This document shows positions 1 to 9,815 of a DNA stretch of 64,000 bases, one piece after another. A model generated the notes under the pieces. The model was given only the letters and a program-made list of their open reading frames with translations. It was not told the DNA's origin and searched no databases. Each line of letters starts with the position of its first letter. The stretch's first letter is position 1. A program made the translations under genes and the position numbers. Origin of the DNA: Candidatus Zhuqueibacterota bacterium (GTDB lineage: Bacteria; Zhuqueibacterota; Zhuqueibacteria; Oceanimicrobiales; Oceanimicrobiaceae); the NCBI GenBank assembly GCA_029262055.1, contig JAJDAD010000009.1, positions 29,297-93,296 of the forward strand. The letters are read 5' to 3'.

Positions 1-2
1 AC

Positions 3-539
3 GTGTTTCCGTACGATTTTTTCAGTCAGTGTTTTAACTACCGCGACTATTTTGACCTGGTCACGTTGGGCCTGAAAAACGGCGACAACGTGGAGCCCAA
101 ACTAGTTCAACTTATTCTCGCGGCCCTGCATAACTATCTTGGGCAATACGAACCTGAGGTGGGGCTTTTTGAACGTGCAGTCGAGCTCGATCCGGCCTTT
201 CCATTGTTTAAGCTGAATCTGGCCACTGCGCTCCTGAATCGTGGTAATTATGACGACCTGGTGAAGGCGCGCAGCCTGCTCACCGAGCTTGCCGAAGAAA
301 CCTGGTTGTTCCGGCAGGCCTACGCCTTGCTGGTGTATTTCTGGCCGGATGAAGTTGCGACAGCACCCGATTTAAAGAAAGTACACCTGGTCGCTCAGCG
401 TGCCCAGAACTCAGTGAGTGAGACACCCCTGCATCATCCTTTTGATAGCTGGGATTCCATGCACCTCAGGCCGCGCGAGCAGAAGAGGCAGAAGGCCAAA
501 TCCAACGGCAAGATCGATGCGCGAGTGGTGCCGCAATAG
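3..539 (+). CDS. C-terminal fragment of a TPR-like repeat protein (5' end outside window)
   Basis: ORF is open to the window edge. Helical-repeat text ERAVELDPAFPLFKLNLATALLNRGNYDDL resembles TPR. No catalytic motif seen. Confidence 0.45.
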   Translation: MFPYDFFSQCFNYRDYFDLVTLGLKNGDNVEPKLVQLILAALHNYLGQYEPEVGLFERAVELDPAFPLFKLNLATALLNRGNYDDLVKARSLLTELAEETWLFRQAYALLVYFWPDEVATAPDLKKVHLVAQRAQNSVSETPLHHPFDSWDSMHLRPREQKRQKAKSNGKIDARVVPQ

Positions 540-610
540 GGCGTCCATCTGAGGGTGTTTTTGACCTGATGGGTCGCACAACGGACTGTCGAAACTGAAG
601 GAGGCATAAA

Positions 611-1540
611 ATGAAGATACTCGTAACTGGCGGCGCAGGGTATGTTGGCAGTAATCTCGTGCCAAAGCTGCTTGCCAGCGGCCACAAGGTGCGGGTGCTG
701 GACAACCTGATGTACAATGGTTATAGCCTGCTACCTTACTTTGGCGATGAGAATTTTGAGTTTGTCAAAGGAGATGTCCTGGACGCAGATGTTGTGCGCA
801 AATGCACGCACGACGCCGACATTATTATCCACCTGGCAGCCATCGTGGGATATCCGGCCTGCAAAAAGGATCCGAACCTGGCAAAAGACGTAAATGTGTT
901 CGGCACCCGGCTGGTCGACAAACATCGGAGCAAGAGCCAGCCTGTTTTCTACGCTTCCACCGGCAGCAACTACGGTGCGCTTGTCGGTGACATCTGCACC
1001 GAGGAGACACCCCTGAATCCATTGACGATTTACGGTACCACCAAGACGGAAGCCGAGCAAATGCTGCTCGACTCGGGCAGTGTGGTCTGTTATCGTTTTG
1101 CCACGGCGTTTGGCCTGTCACCGCGTATGCGGCTGGACTTGCTGATCAATGATTTTGTCTACCAGGCAGTCAAGAAGCGCAATTTGATTCTATATGAGAA
1201 AACGTACAAACGGACTTTTGTGCACGTGCGCGACATGGTGCGTTGCTTCCTGTTTACCATCGAGAATTACGACAAGATGGAGAATCAGGTCTACAACGTC
1301 GGCTCCAACCAGTTGAACTACAGCAAGGAAGAAGTGGCCCTGCTCATCAAAGAGAAGATCGATTTTTACCTGCACTTTGCGGATATCGGCAAAGATGAGG
1401 ACCAGCGCAACTACGAGGTCTCGTACGAGAAGATCAGCAAACTCGGCTTTGAAACGAGCATTACCGTCGATCAGGGCATCGATGAACTGATCAGGGCCTA
1501 CGAGCTAATCGATATCAAAAATCCATTCAGCAACATTTGA
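611..1540 (+). CDS. NAD-dependent sugar-nucleotide epimerase/dehydratase (extended SDR)
   Basis: N-terminal Rossmann motif MKILVTGGAGYVGSNL. An SDR-like YxxxK (YGTTK) lies mid-protein. AGGAGG-like RBS (gaaggagg) upstream. Confidence 0.85.
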   Translation: MKILVTGGAGYVGSNLVPKLLASGHKVRVLDNLMYNGYSLLPYFGDENFEFVKGDVLDADVVRKCTHDADIIIHLAAIVGYPACKKDPNLAKDVNVFGTRLVDKHRSKSQPVFYASTGSNYGALVGDICTEETPLNPLTIYGTTKTEAEQMLLDSGSVVCYRFATAFGLSPRMRLDLLINDFVYQAVKKRNLILYEKTYKRTFVHVRDMVRCFLFTIENYDKMENQVYNVGSNQLNYSKEEVALLIKEKIDFYLHFADIGKDEDQRNYEVSYEKISKLGFETSITVDQGIDELIRAYELIDIKNPFSNI

Positions 1541-1547
1541 GGCAATC

Positions 1548-2501
1548 ATGGCATTTTGGACCAACAAGCGCGTAGTGGTTACGGGTGGCGCCGGTTTTCT
1601 CGGTAGCTTTGTTGTCGACAAGTTGCGCACGGCAGGGGCTCAGGTGTTTGTGCCGCGCAAGCGTGATTTCAACTTTGTACACCTGAGCGACGCGCAAAGG
1701 TGCTTTCAGGAGCAGAAGCCGGAGGTCGTGATTCACGCTGCAGCCTACTACGGCGGGATCTGGATCAACCAGGTGCACCCGGGGAAGATCTACTTCGAGA
1801 ACCTGATCATGGGAGCAAATGTCATCGAAGCCGCCCGCCTGGCCAACGTGCAGAAGTTTGTCGGCATTGGTACCGCTTGTTCCTACCCCGGCTATCTCGA
1901 AGGAGAGCTGAAGGAGGAAAACCTCTGGGACGGCCCGCTGCACGACAGCGTGCGCAACTACGGCTTAACCAAAAAGATGATGGCGGTGCAGTGCTGGGCC
2001 TATCGCAAACAGTACGACTTCAACGGCATCCACCTGATCCTGACAAATCTGTACGGCCCTGGTGACTCCTACAACCCGGAGCGCTCCCACGTAGCAGCCG
2101 CCCTGGTGCGCAAATTTGTGGAAGGCAAGCTGCAGAATTCTCCCACGGTCGAGGTCTGGGGTACGGGCAAGCCGATTCGGGAATTCCTTTACGTTGAAGA
2201 TTGCGCCGAAGCCATCGTGCGCGCCGCTGAAAAATATGATGATGTCACACCGCTGAATATCGGCACCGGAGTCGGTACGTCGATTAAGGAGTTGGCGGAA
2301 ACGACGATGTCGGCGACAGGATACGAAGGCGAAATAGTCTGGAATTCGGACAAGCCGGACGGTCAGTTCAAGAAGATTCTGGACGTCAGCAGAATGGCTG
2401 AAGCCCTCGACTGGCAGGCGCCAACCGACCTGCACTCAGGGTTGGTCAGGACAGTGCAATGGTACTTGCAGAACAAAGAGGAAGCCGACAAGAAATGGTG
2501 A
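1548..2501 (+). CDS. fcl: GDP-L-fucose synthase family 3,5-epimerase/4-reductase
   Basis: VVVTGGAGFLGS, TNLYGPGDSY, SHVAAALVRKF, VEVWGTGKPIREFLYVED and KPDGQFKKILDVSRM align block by block with E. coli Fcl as I recall it. Confidence 0.7.
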   Translation: MAFWTNKRVVVTGGAGFLGSFVVDKLRTAGAQVFVPRKRDFNFVHLSDAQRCFQEQKPEVVIHAAAYYGGIWINQVHPGKIYFENLIMGANVIEAARLANVQKFVGIGTACSYPGYLEGELKEENLWDGPLHDSVRNYGLTKKMMAVQCWAYRKQYDFNGIHLILTNLYGPGDSYNPERSHVAAALVRKFVEGKLQNSPTVEVWGTGKPIREFLYVEDCAEAIVRAAEKYDDVTPLNIGTGVGTSIKELAETTMSATGYEGEIVWNSDKPDGQFKKILDVSRMAEALDWQAPTDLHSGLVRTVQWYLQNKEEADKKW

Positions 2502-2549
2502 TTGCCGCCAGAGAGCAATCGCTGTTAATCCGCTAACCGAGAAAGCAAT

Positions 2550-3599
2550 ATGGGTCGAGGTCCGACAGAGAAATACTATATAGAAATGAACGATGACTAT
2601 GTCGAAGGCAGCCTCACGTGCCTCAAACAGGAAGTCATCGAGCGTGAAATCAACACGGATTTTCCCCTCGTGTTGAATATCGAACCGACCAACGACTGCA
2701 ATCTGCGCTGCACGTTCTGTCCGCGCGATCAGACCGTGGCCATGCAAGGCACGCACTATCTGCCTCTGGCCACCTTCCAACGCATTGTCGATGAGGCTGT
2801 CGACTACCAGCAGCTCATCATGCTCAATCTGCACAAAGACGGGGAATCCCTGCTGCATCGCGAGCTGCCGGAAATGATCGACTACGCCAAAAAGCGGAAT
2901 GTCGCCAAGACCGTGCACATGAACACGAATGGCACTTTGCTGCACACCGACACCGCCAAGGCCATTCTGACAGCAGGCATCGACGACGTAACCGTCAGCA
3001 TCGATGCGGCCACGGCCGGGACCTACCGGACCTTGAAACAAAGCAGAGGGTTTGACCATCTCGACCGCAGCGTGGAATCTTTCATCGATTACAGAAACAA
3101 GATCGGCGGACATACCACCATCCGCGTCAAGATCATGGAGTTTGACCAGGTCAGTGAGGAGGAGATCGAGGCCTTTCGCACGCGCTGGACCGGCGTAGCC
3201 GACCAGGTGCAGGTGACCGGCGTGCACACCTGGAGCGGCGCCATCACAGATTTGGAGATCACGGATGAGACTTCTCCGACTCGTTACCCGTGCGCGATAC
3301 TGTGGTATGCGCTGGCAGTCAACTGCAACGGTAAAGTCTCGATCTGTAATCTTGACTGGAACTACTCCGGCGTTGTCGGCGACCTCGCACAGCAGAGTTT
3401 GCACCAGATCTGGAACGGCTTGCCCATGCGGAAAATTCGGCAGGCCCATCTTGACGGTGATTGGGGTTGTGTATCTGCCTGCAAGGAATGCGTCGTCTGG
3501 GTCAGCGTCGGTGATATGTTGCCCCACCTGCGCGCCCGGAATGAGTTCTTACCGGTTGCGAGAATCGAAAACGAGAAGCTGAGTCTGGTACAAGGATGA
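2550..3599 (+). CDS. Radical SAM enzyme with Cys-rich C-terminal (SPASM/twitch-like) domain
   Basis: CNLRCTFC (CX3CX2C) near the N-terminus. C-terminal Cys cluster YPCAILWY..NCNGKVSICNLDW..WGCVSACKECVVW. Confidence 0.8.
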   Translation: MGRGPTEKYYIEMNDDYVEGSLTCLKQEVIEREINTDFPLVLNIEPTNDCNLRCTFCPRDQTVAMQGTHYLPLATFQRIVDEAVDYQQLIMLNLHKDGESLLHRELPEMIDYAKKRNVAKTVHMNTNGTLLHTDTAKAILTAGIDDVTVSIDAATAGTYRTLKQSRGFDHLDRSVESFIDYRNKIGGHTTIRVKIMEFDQVSEEEIEAFRTRWTGVADQVQVTGVHTWSGAITDLEITDETSPTRYPCAILWYALAVNCNGKVSICNLDWNYSGVVGDLAQQSLHQIWNGLPMRKIRQAHLDGDWGCVSACKECVVWVSVGDMLPHLRARNEFLPVARIENEKLSLVQG

Positions 3600-3605
3600 T
3601 AATTC

Positions 3606-4691
3606 ATGAATAGAAGTGAGAGAAACTTTCTAGCGCCGCTCAAAAAAAACCGGCGCAACAAGACGTTTGTCATTGCAGAGGCAGGCGTTCACCACGGTGG
3701 CAGCCTTGAGGTGGGCAAAAAGCTTATCACCGCGGCAGCCAGTGCCGGTGCTGACGCCATCAAGTTTCAAACCTACAAGGCCGAGACGCTGGTGACACGC
3801 TGGGCAGCGCAGTACTGGCAAAGCGACACGGTGCCTGAAGCAGGTCCATCAGGTCAGGCCACGCAATTTGATTATTTTAAGAAGCGCGATTCGTTTGGTC
3901 CGGAGGAGTATGCCGAGCTGAGCCGGTACGCCGCGGAAGTGGGCATCCACTTTTCATCAACGCCCTTCGACCGGCAGTCGGTTGAGTGGCTCACACAGTT
4001 GGACGTACCGTTCTGGAAAATCGCTTCGGCGGACCTGGACAACTTTCCTTTGCTGGCGCAAGTGGCCCGTACCGGGAAGCCCGTCATTCTCTCTACCGGA
4101 GCTTCATATCTCAGGGAAGTTGACGAATCGGTGCGCTTCCTGCGGGCGGAGGGGGTCGCGGATTTAGCCCTTATGCACTGCAACCTGGCTTACCCGACGC
4201 CAAACAACGAAGCCAATCTGGGAAGAATCGCACTGCTGAGAGGGCAGTTCCCGGATTTGGTCATCGGTTACTCCGACCACACCATCCCGGATGAACATGT
4301 CACCGTTCCGGTGGCCGCCGTGACCCTGGGTGCGGAGATTATCGAGAAACACTTCACGTTGGACCGTTCGCTGCCTGAGGACGATCATTACCACTCAGTC
4401 AACCCGGTTCTTTTGCGTAGCATGATTCAACAAATCGAGACAGTGGAACAGGCAACCGGGATGCAGGCCGAGATAACCCCGTCCGAAGCGCCGGCGCGCC
4501 AGCAAGCCCGGCGCAGCCTGGTGGCGAACGAAGATATTGCCAGCGGTCAGGTTTTGACCCGCGACCTCCTGGTTGCCAAACGGCCCGGTGGCGGCATCTC
4601 GCCGAAAGAGCTGGATCACATTTTGGGCAAACGCACCAAAGTGCACATCGTCAAGGACGATTTCGTGCTTCCGGATGCTCTGGAACAGTAG
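3606..4691 (+). CDS. NeuB-family nonulosonic acid (sialic/legionaminic/pseudaminic-type) synthase
   Basis: FVIAEAGVHHGGSLEVGKKLI..GADAIKFQTYK and IGYSDHT motifs. C-terminal SAF-like segment RRSLVANEDIASGQVLTRDLL. Confidence 0.85.
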   Translation: MNRSERNFLAPLKKNRRNKTFVIAEAGVHHGGSLEVGKKLITAAASAGADAIKFQTYKAETLVTRWAAQYWQSDTVPEAGPSGQATQFDYFKKRDSFGPEEYAELSRYAAEVGIHFSSTPFDRQSVEWLTQLDVPFWKIASADLDNFPLLAQVARTGKPVILSTGASYLREVDESVRFLRAEGVADLALMHCNLAYPTPNNEANLGRIALLRGQFPDLVIGYSDHTIPDEHVTVPVAAVTLGAEIIEKHFTLDRSLPEDDHYHSVNPVLLRSMIQQIETVEQATGMQAEITPSEAPARQQARRSLVANEDIASGQVLTRDLLVAKRPGGGISPKELDHILGKRTKVHIVKDDFVLPDALEQ

Positions 4692-4705
4692 CCGGGGAGC
4701 CCGAA

Positions 4706-5368
4706 ATGAAAGTAAGCGTTGTCATCCCAACCTTCAATTACGACAAATATATCGCCCGCGCGATCCGAAGCTGCATCGAACAGTCTTTCCCGAAAGATGA
4801 GTTTGAGATTGTGGTGGTGAACGACGGCAGCAGCGACGTCACCCGGTACATTCTGCAGTCGTACGGCCATTGGATTACGGTGGTGGAGCACGAGGTAAAC
4901 CGGGGACTTCCGGAAGCGCGTAACGCCGGCATTGCGCGGGCGCGCGGCGAGTTTATCGTCAACCTGGACGCCGACGATTACCTGCACCGCAACTTTTTAG
5001 AAATCTGTCACCTGCACATGACTTTTAATGAGTGCGACGCGGTTGCCTCCGATTACTACCTGGTCGATGACAACGAGGCGTTTGTGGAGCGGATGACGGT
5101 GGCGCAAAAGCCCATCGCCTGCGGCATCATGTTCAGAAAGGAGCAGATGCAAGATGTCGGCCTGTACGATACGGCGTTGCACATTGGCGAGGACGTGGAC
5201 TTTCGTATACGCTTTGAACGTGCTTACAACATTGACACCATCAACCTGCCGCTCTATCGTTACCGGATGCACAAGAAAAGTCTGACCTCGGATCCGGCTT
5301 TGAATCAGAAGTATCTGGCAAAAGTGGCGCTCAAACATCAATGCGAGGTAAAGCACACATATGACTGA
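4706..5368 (+). CDS. Family 2 glycosyltransferase
   Basis: VSVVIPTFNYDKYI..VVNDGSSD..NLDADDYL (GT-A fold with DxD). Confidence 0.8.
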   Translation: MKVSVVIPTFNYDKYIARAIRSCIEQSFPKDEFEIVVVNDGSSDVTRYILQSYGHWITVVEHEVNRGLPEARNAGIARARGEFIVNLDADDYLHRNFLEICHLHMTFNECDAVASDYYLVDDNEAFVERMTVAQKPIACGIMFRKEQMQDVGLYDTALHIGEDVDFRIRFERAYNIDTINLPLYRYRMHKKSLTSDPALNQKYLAKVALKHQCEVKHTYD

Positions 5369-6134
5369 TGGGGCAACGTTGCGGAACGGCAAAAAGGTCA
5401 CAGCTATAATTCAGGCGCGCATGGGATCGACCCGGTTGCCCGGCAAATCCCTGGCCCTGATTGCCGGCCGGCCCATGTTGGCGCACATTATTGAACGCGT
5501 GCGACAGAGCCAGGTCGTCGATGACATCATGGTGGCAACCAGCGATCTGGTAGAGGACGACCTGCTGGCTGCGTTGGCCCGGGATTGTGGCGTCAGGGTA
5601 TTTAGAGGTGATCCGGATAATGTGCTCGACCGTTTTTATCAGGCTGCAAAACAAAGCCTGGCCGGAGTCATCGTTCGTGTCACCGGTGACGATCCTTTCA
5701 AGGATCCGGAAGTGCTGGATTTGATCGCGACAAAATTACTGCTGAATCCCGATTTGGACTACGTGAGCAATACCATCGAACCAAGCTATCCGCTAGGTCT
5801 GGATGTTGAGGCTTTTACCTTCGACGCACTGGCAAGAACGCAGCGTGAAGCCAGTACACATTATGAGCAGGAGCATGTGACACCGTACATCTGGCAGAAT
5901 ACGACAAAGTTCAAGATACGCAATGTTGCTTCCGGAGATGATTTCTCCGATCTGCGCTGGACCGTGGATTATCCGGCGGACCTGGAATTTGCGCGGGCTG
6001 TTTACGGGAGGTTGTACCGCGGAAGTGTTTTTACGATGCAGGATATTTTGACCCTGCTCGCGCTCGAGCCGGCACTCAGCGCCATCAACCAGCCGGCTCG
6101 TTTGGTACAAGCCGATTTTCAAGAGGCCGGCTGA
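5361..6134 (+). CDS. Cytidylyltransferase (CTP_transf_3 / SpsF-FlmC-like; candidate CMP-sugar synthetase)
   Basis: AIIQARMGSTRLPGKSLALIAGRPML motif. Start overlaps the stop of the preceding gene. Confidence 0.75.
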   Translation: MTDGATLRNGKKVTAIIQARMGSTRLPGKSLALIAGRPMLAHIIERVRQSQVVDDIMVATSDLVEDDLLAALARDCGVRVFRGDPDNVLDRFYQAAKQSLAGVIVRVTGDDPFKDPEVLDLIATKLLLNPDLDYVSNTIEPSYPLGLDVEAFTFDALARTQREASTHYEQEHVTPYIWQNTTKFKIRNVASGDDFSDLRWTVDYPADLEFARAVYGRLYRGSVFTMQDILTLLALEPALSAINQPARLVQADFQEAG

Positions 6135-6135
6135 G

Positions 6136-7320
6136 ATGATCCTGGAACGCATCGGCAAGAAGGAAAAGGAGTATGTCCGGCAGGTGCTGGCCTCGCAGTT
6201 CAGGTCGTCGGCCGGCAGTGAGATGACCGGCCGCCTGGAAGCAGCCTTTGCAGCCCGGTTTGGAGTAGACTACGCGGTGTCATTCATTAATGGCACCGCC
6301 ACATTGCACGCGGCCCTGGCCGCCGCGGGCGTGCAACCCGGCGACGAAGTCATCGTTCCGCCTTTGACCATGGCGAGCACGGCGTTCGCGGTTCTGCACG
6401 CCGATGCCATTCCTGTCTTCGCCGATGTCGACCCCGGCACCTGGACCCTTAGCCCTGAATCCATAAAGCGCGAGATAACAGCTAAGACAAGAGCTATCAT
6501 CCCGGTTTCACTTTACGGACTTGCTCCGGACATGCCGGCTATTATGGAAATTGCTGCGCGCCACAATCTATTCGTCCTGGAAGATGCAGCGCAATGTTTT
6601 CTCGGCTTTTGTCACGGACGAGTCGTGGGTAGCATCGGCCATGCCGCGAGCTTTAGCTTTCAAAGCTCAAAACATCTGGCCAGCGGCGAAGGCGGCATGA
6701 TCATCACTGCTAACCGCGAGCTTGCACTCAGAATCAGGCGTTTCAACAGTCTGGGATACAAGGCCGTGGGCGGCGCCGCAGCGCACGGCAAGATCTGCAA
6801 GGAAATGATCCAGGAGCCCGGTTACGAACGACATGCGTCCGTCGGCTGGAATTACCGCATGCCGGAACTTTGTGCGGCGGTGGCGTTGGCGCAACTTGAG
6901 CGCATCGATGATTTTGTCGAAATGCGCCGGAGCGTGGCCGGCTTGTTTGCTGAGGCGATCAAGGATTGTAGCTGGCTCACGCCACAAAGAGTGACGGCGG
7001 ATTACCAGCATGCCTACTGGTCGTACGCGTTGCGACTGGGCGAAGACGTGCCGTTTAGCTGGCAGGAGTTCCGGGACAAATATTCTGAACTGGGTGGTGA
7101 CGGCATTTACGGCGCATGGCAGTTGACCTACTTGGAGCCTGCGCTGCGCGGATTGCGGCTGCATCCGGACCAGTCGCAGCAATTCTCACAGGGTCTCTGT
7201 CCCGTTGCCGAAGCGCTGCAACCGCGATTGCTGCAGTTTAAGACCAACTATTTTGATTTAGATCTCGCTGGCAGAAAGGCCGACGCCTTGCAGGCGACGA
7301 TCTCATTCTTTGGCGCTTGA
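6136..7320 (+). CDS. DegT/DnrJ/EryC1/StrS-family PLP aminotransferase
   Basis: INGTATLHAALAA, DAAQ, and SFQSSKHLASGEGG (PLP lysine context). Confidence 0.85.
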   Translation: MILERIGKKEKEYVRQVLASQFRSSAGSEMTGRLEAAFAARFGVDYAVSFINGTATLHAALAAAGVQPGDEVIVPPLTMASTAFAVLHADAIPVFADVDPGTWTLSPESIKREITAKTRAIIPVSLYGLAPDMPAIMEIAARHNLFVLEDAAQCFLGFCHGRVVGSIGHAASFSFQSSKHLASGEGGMIITANRELALRIRRFNSLGYKAVGGAAAHGKICKEMIQEPGYERHASVGWNYRMPELCAAVALAQLERIDDFVEMRRSVAGLFAEAIKDCSWLTPQRVTADYQHAYWSYALRLGEDVPFSWQEFRDKYSELGGDGIYGAWQLTYLEPALRGLRLHPDQSQQFSQGLCPVAEALQPRLLQFKTNYFDLDLAGRKADALQATISFFGA

Positions 7321-7323
7321 AAG

Positions 7324-8202
7324 ATGACAACAACAGAGAAGTCAGAATCGGCTCCGGCTGTTTCTTCGATGCCGATTTCAGTAGTCGTCTGCACCCTTAA
7401 CGAAGCGTTTAACATAGAAGAGTGTTTGGATTCAGTGAAAGCAAATCACCCGCGAGAAATCCTGGTTATCGATGCGCAAAGCGAAGACTTTACGGCTCGC
7501 AAAGCCAGAAACAAAGGTGCGGCGGTAACCCGGTGCGCCCGGAAAGGCTTGGCGTATCAACGTTATCTGGGGACAGAAAAAGCCTCACAGCCCTACGTCG
7601 CTTTTGTGGATGCAGATGATGTTCTGGACGAGGATTGTCTGCACCGCCTTTTGCTGGATCTGGAGGGAAATGACTGTGCCGCCGTGCAGGCAATCTCGCG
7701 GTCATACTCGCAACAGACCTACTGGGAAAGGGCGATGGAATCTCTGAATTATTTGCACTCGCGCAAGCCTGGGCCGAGCCGTATGGTTGGCCGGCCGGCA
7801 TTATACAGGAGAGACGTGTTGCGGCAAGTCGGTATCGATAAAGAGTGGGGTCGAATCGGCAACGAAGATACAGACCTGGCCATCCGTTACGAACTGCACG
7901 ACAAAAAGATGTGGATCGGATCCGGCTACTCTTCGCGCAAACATGCCCGGTCATTGCGGGAGTGGTTGCCGAAATGGCAGAAGTACGGTAGAGGGGACGC
8001 CAAATTAATGGTCAAGTACCCGGGCAAGCGCCGCTCGATTCTGCACCACCAATTGATCAACTACCCGGTCATCCTTTCCCTCGAAGCGCTGCGCAAGGGC
8101 TGCGCGCGATACGTGCCATTCTATATCTTATTTGGGTGGATGAGATTTTTTTTCATGATGGGTGAGTTTCTCTCCCCGAAAGGTAGCGCATGGCAAGAAT
8201 AG
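7324..8202 (+). CDS. Family 2 glycosyltransferase
   Basis: ISVVVCTLNEAFNIEECL..VIDAQSED..FVDADDVL. Confidence 0.75.
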   Translation: MTTTEKSESAPAVSSMPISVVVCTLNEAFNIEECLDSVKANHPREILVIDAQSEDFTARKARNKGAAVTRCARKGLAYQRYLGTEKASQPYVAFVDADDVLDEDCLHRLLLDLEGNDCAAVQAISRSYSQQTYWERAMESLNYLHSRKPGPSRMVGRPALYRRDVLRQVGIDKEWGRIGNEDTDLAIRYELHDKKMWIGSGYSSRKHARSLREWLPKWQKYGRGDAKLMVKYPGKRRSILHHQLINYPVILSLEALRKGCARYVPFYILFGWMRFFFMMGEFLSPKGSAWQE

Positions 8203-9788
8203 CGTTTGTCGACAGCATGGCGGTAGAAAAACTGGGCGTCATTTACCTGAGTTCAGCCCTGAAAGAATGCGGCCATGAGGTTGAGATTTTTTTGCAGCCG
8301 CTGGAGGCTGATTTTGTGGAACGCATCGCGCAGTTTCAGGCTGACGTTGTCGCTTTTGGATCTTTCATCGGCCAGGAGCCGGATGTCATCGACCTATTCT
8401 CTGCAATCAAGGCTCGTATCAAGGATATCAAGACCGTACAGGGTGGTCCCTCCACCATGATTTATTCGGACTTGATCTATCATCCGGTGGTAGATTTTGT
8501 CCTGAAGGGTGACGGCGAAGAGACATTGCCGGCACTGCTGCGTTCTCTGGATGACCGTATCCCGCCGCCAGCCATTCCGGGCCTGCTGTGGCAGGAGGAA
8601 GGCCAGGTTATCGAGAATCCGGGTGCGGCGCTCATCACCGATTTTAACTGTTATCCGCCGGCTGATCGCGACCTGCACATGAAATATGACAGCTTGCGGT
8701 CCAGCAGGACCAAGCCCTTTCTGATGACCAGGGGCTGCCCGTTTCCCTGTACCTTTTGCGGCACGGCTACTTTAAACAAGATTTTCAAAAAGGAAAAGGG
8801 GCTGCATTTTCGCTACGGCGATGGGGAGCGGACAATTGCCGAACTGGAGTACGTCAAACAAAACTACGGGCTGGAGTGGGTACAATTCCACGACGCGACA
8901 TTCAATGCCCATCCCAAGTTTGCCATGAAGTTCCTTGAGCTGTATGCCTCCCGGGACTTGCCACCTTTCATCTGCAATGTACGCTCGGAAAGTGTGAGTG
9001 AGGATCTGGTGCGGCTATTCAAGGAGGCGCGCTGCGACCGGGTCACTATGGGGATTCAGAGCGGGTCACAGAGAATCAGAAGAGAGCTGTCCGGCCGCAG
9101 GACACAGACGGACGAGAATATTCTGTACGCCTGCAAGCTCTTCAAGAAATACGGAATTCGCGTCAATATCGATTTGATTTTCGGCTGGCCGGGCGAAACC
9201 ATCGCGGAAGGCCTGGAGACCATAAGCTTCGCGCGCAAGGCGCAAGTAGATAAGGTCAACAACAATGTCATGATTTATTATCCGGATGCGCCCATCACCA
9301 GAACGGCGGCGGAACAAGGGTTTCTGGCCAAATTCCCTGACGTTTTTGAAGTGGCGCGCTTGTCAAATCCTTTGCACTCCCGCCTTTTGAAAACACCGGA
9401 TATTCAGAAACTGGTCAACCTGGACAAGTTGGCCCACTATTTTATCAGGAGTCGCGTTTTGGCGTGGCCGCCCATCAGAGACATCCTGCTGGGATTTAAG
9501 CCGAACCGGTTTTTCTATTTCCTGAAAAATCTTCCGGCATTGCGCGTCTCGATGAAGTACGATGCCCGGAGTTTCAAAGAAAAATTAAATATGATTCGCG
9601 GCTACATCGATGCAATCTTGCAGATGGATGAGAATCTCACAACTGCCGCTGCCAGAGCTGAACAAGCCGGGGCAGCGGTGCAGGCCTGCAAACAGGCCGG
9701 CAACAGCGGGACCGATGTGCAGGTGGTAGATGCTCTCGTTACGTCAAGGAAGGTTGTTGATGAAAGCCTGGTCAGTAAGCTGATCTGA
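8190..9788 (+). CDS. B12-binding-domain radical SAM enzyme (class B-like)
   Basis: N-terminal flavodoxin/B12-like segment MARIAFVDSMAVEKLGVIYLSSALKECGHEV. TRGCPFPCTFCGT (CX3CX2C). Confidence 0.8.
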   Translation: MARIAFVDSMAVEKLGVIYLSSALKECGHEVEIFLQPLEADFVERIAQFQADVVAFGSFIGQEPDVIDLFSAIKARIKDIKTVQGGPSTMIYSDLIYHPVVDFVLKGDGEETLPALLRSLDDRIPPPAIPGLLWQEEGQVIENPGAALITDFNCYPPADRDLHMKYDSLRSSRTKPFLMTRGCPFPCTFCGTATLNKIFKKEKGLHFRYGDGERTIAELEYVKQNYGLEWVQFHDATFNAHPKFAMKFLELYASRDLPPFICNVRSESVSEDLVRLFKEARCDRVTMGIQSGSQRIRRELSGRRTQTDENILYACKLFKKYGIRVNIDLIFGWPGETIAEGLETISFARKAQVDKVNNNVMIYYPDAPITRTAAEQGFLAKFPDVFEVARLSNPLHSRLLKTPDIQKLVNLDKLAHYFIRSRVLAWPPIRDILLGFKPNRFFYFLKNLPALRVSMKYDARSFKEKLNMIRGYIDAILQMDENLTTAAARAEQAGAAVQACKQAGNSGTDVQVVDALVTSRKVVDESLVSKLI

Positions 9789-9815
9789 AATATGCCGACT
9801 TAGGAGAATGAGAAA

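Noticed and set aside
2436-3527. 363-aa minus-strand ORF antisense to the radical SAM gene. Similar long antisense ORFs occur at 12022-12891, 16422-17009, 18343-19488, 19669-20325, 29215-29998 and 35587-36267.
   Set aside because: Each lies entirely inside a plus-strand gene with clear catalytic motifs. Their translations are Arg/Gly/Pro-rich and motif-free, and they lack RBS context. They are typical shadow ORFs of moderately GC-rich coding DNA.
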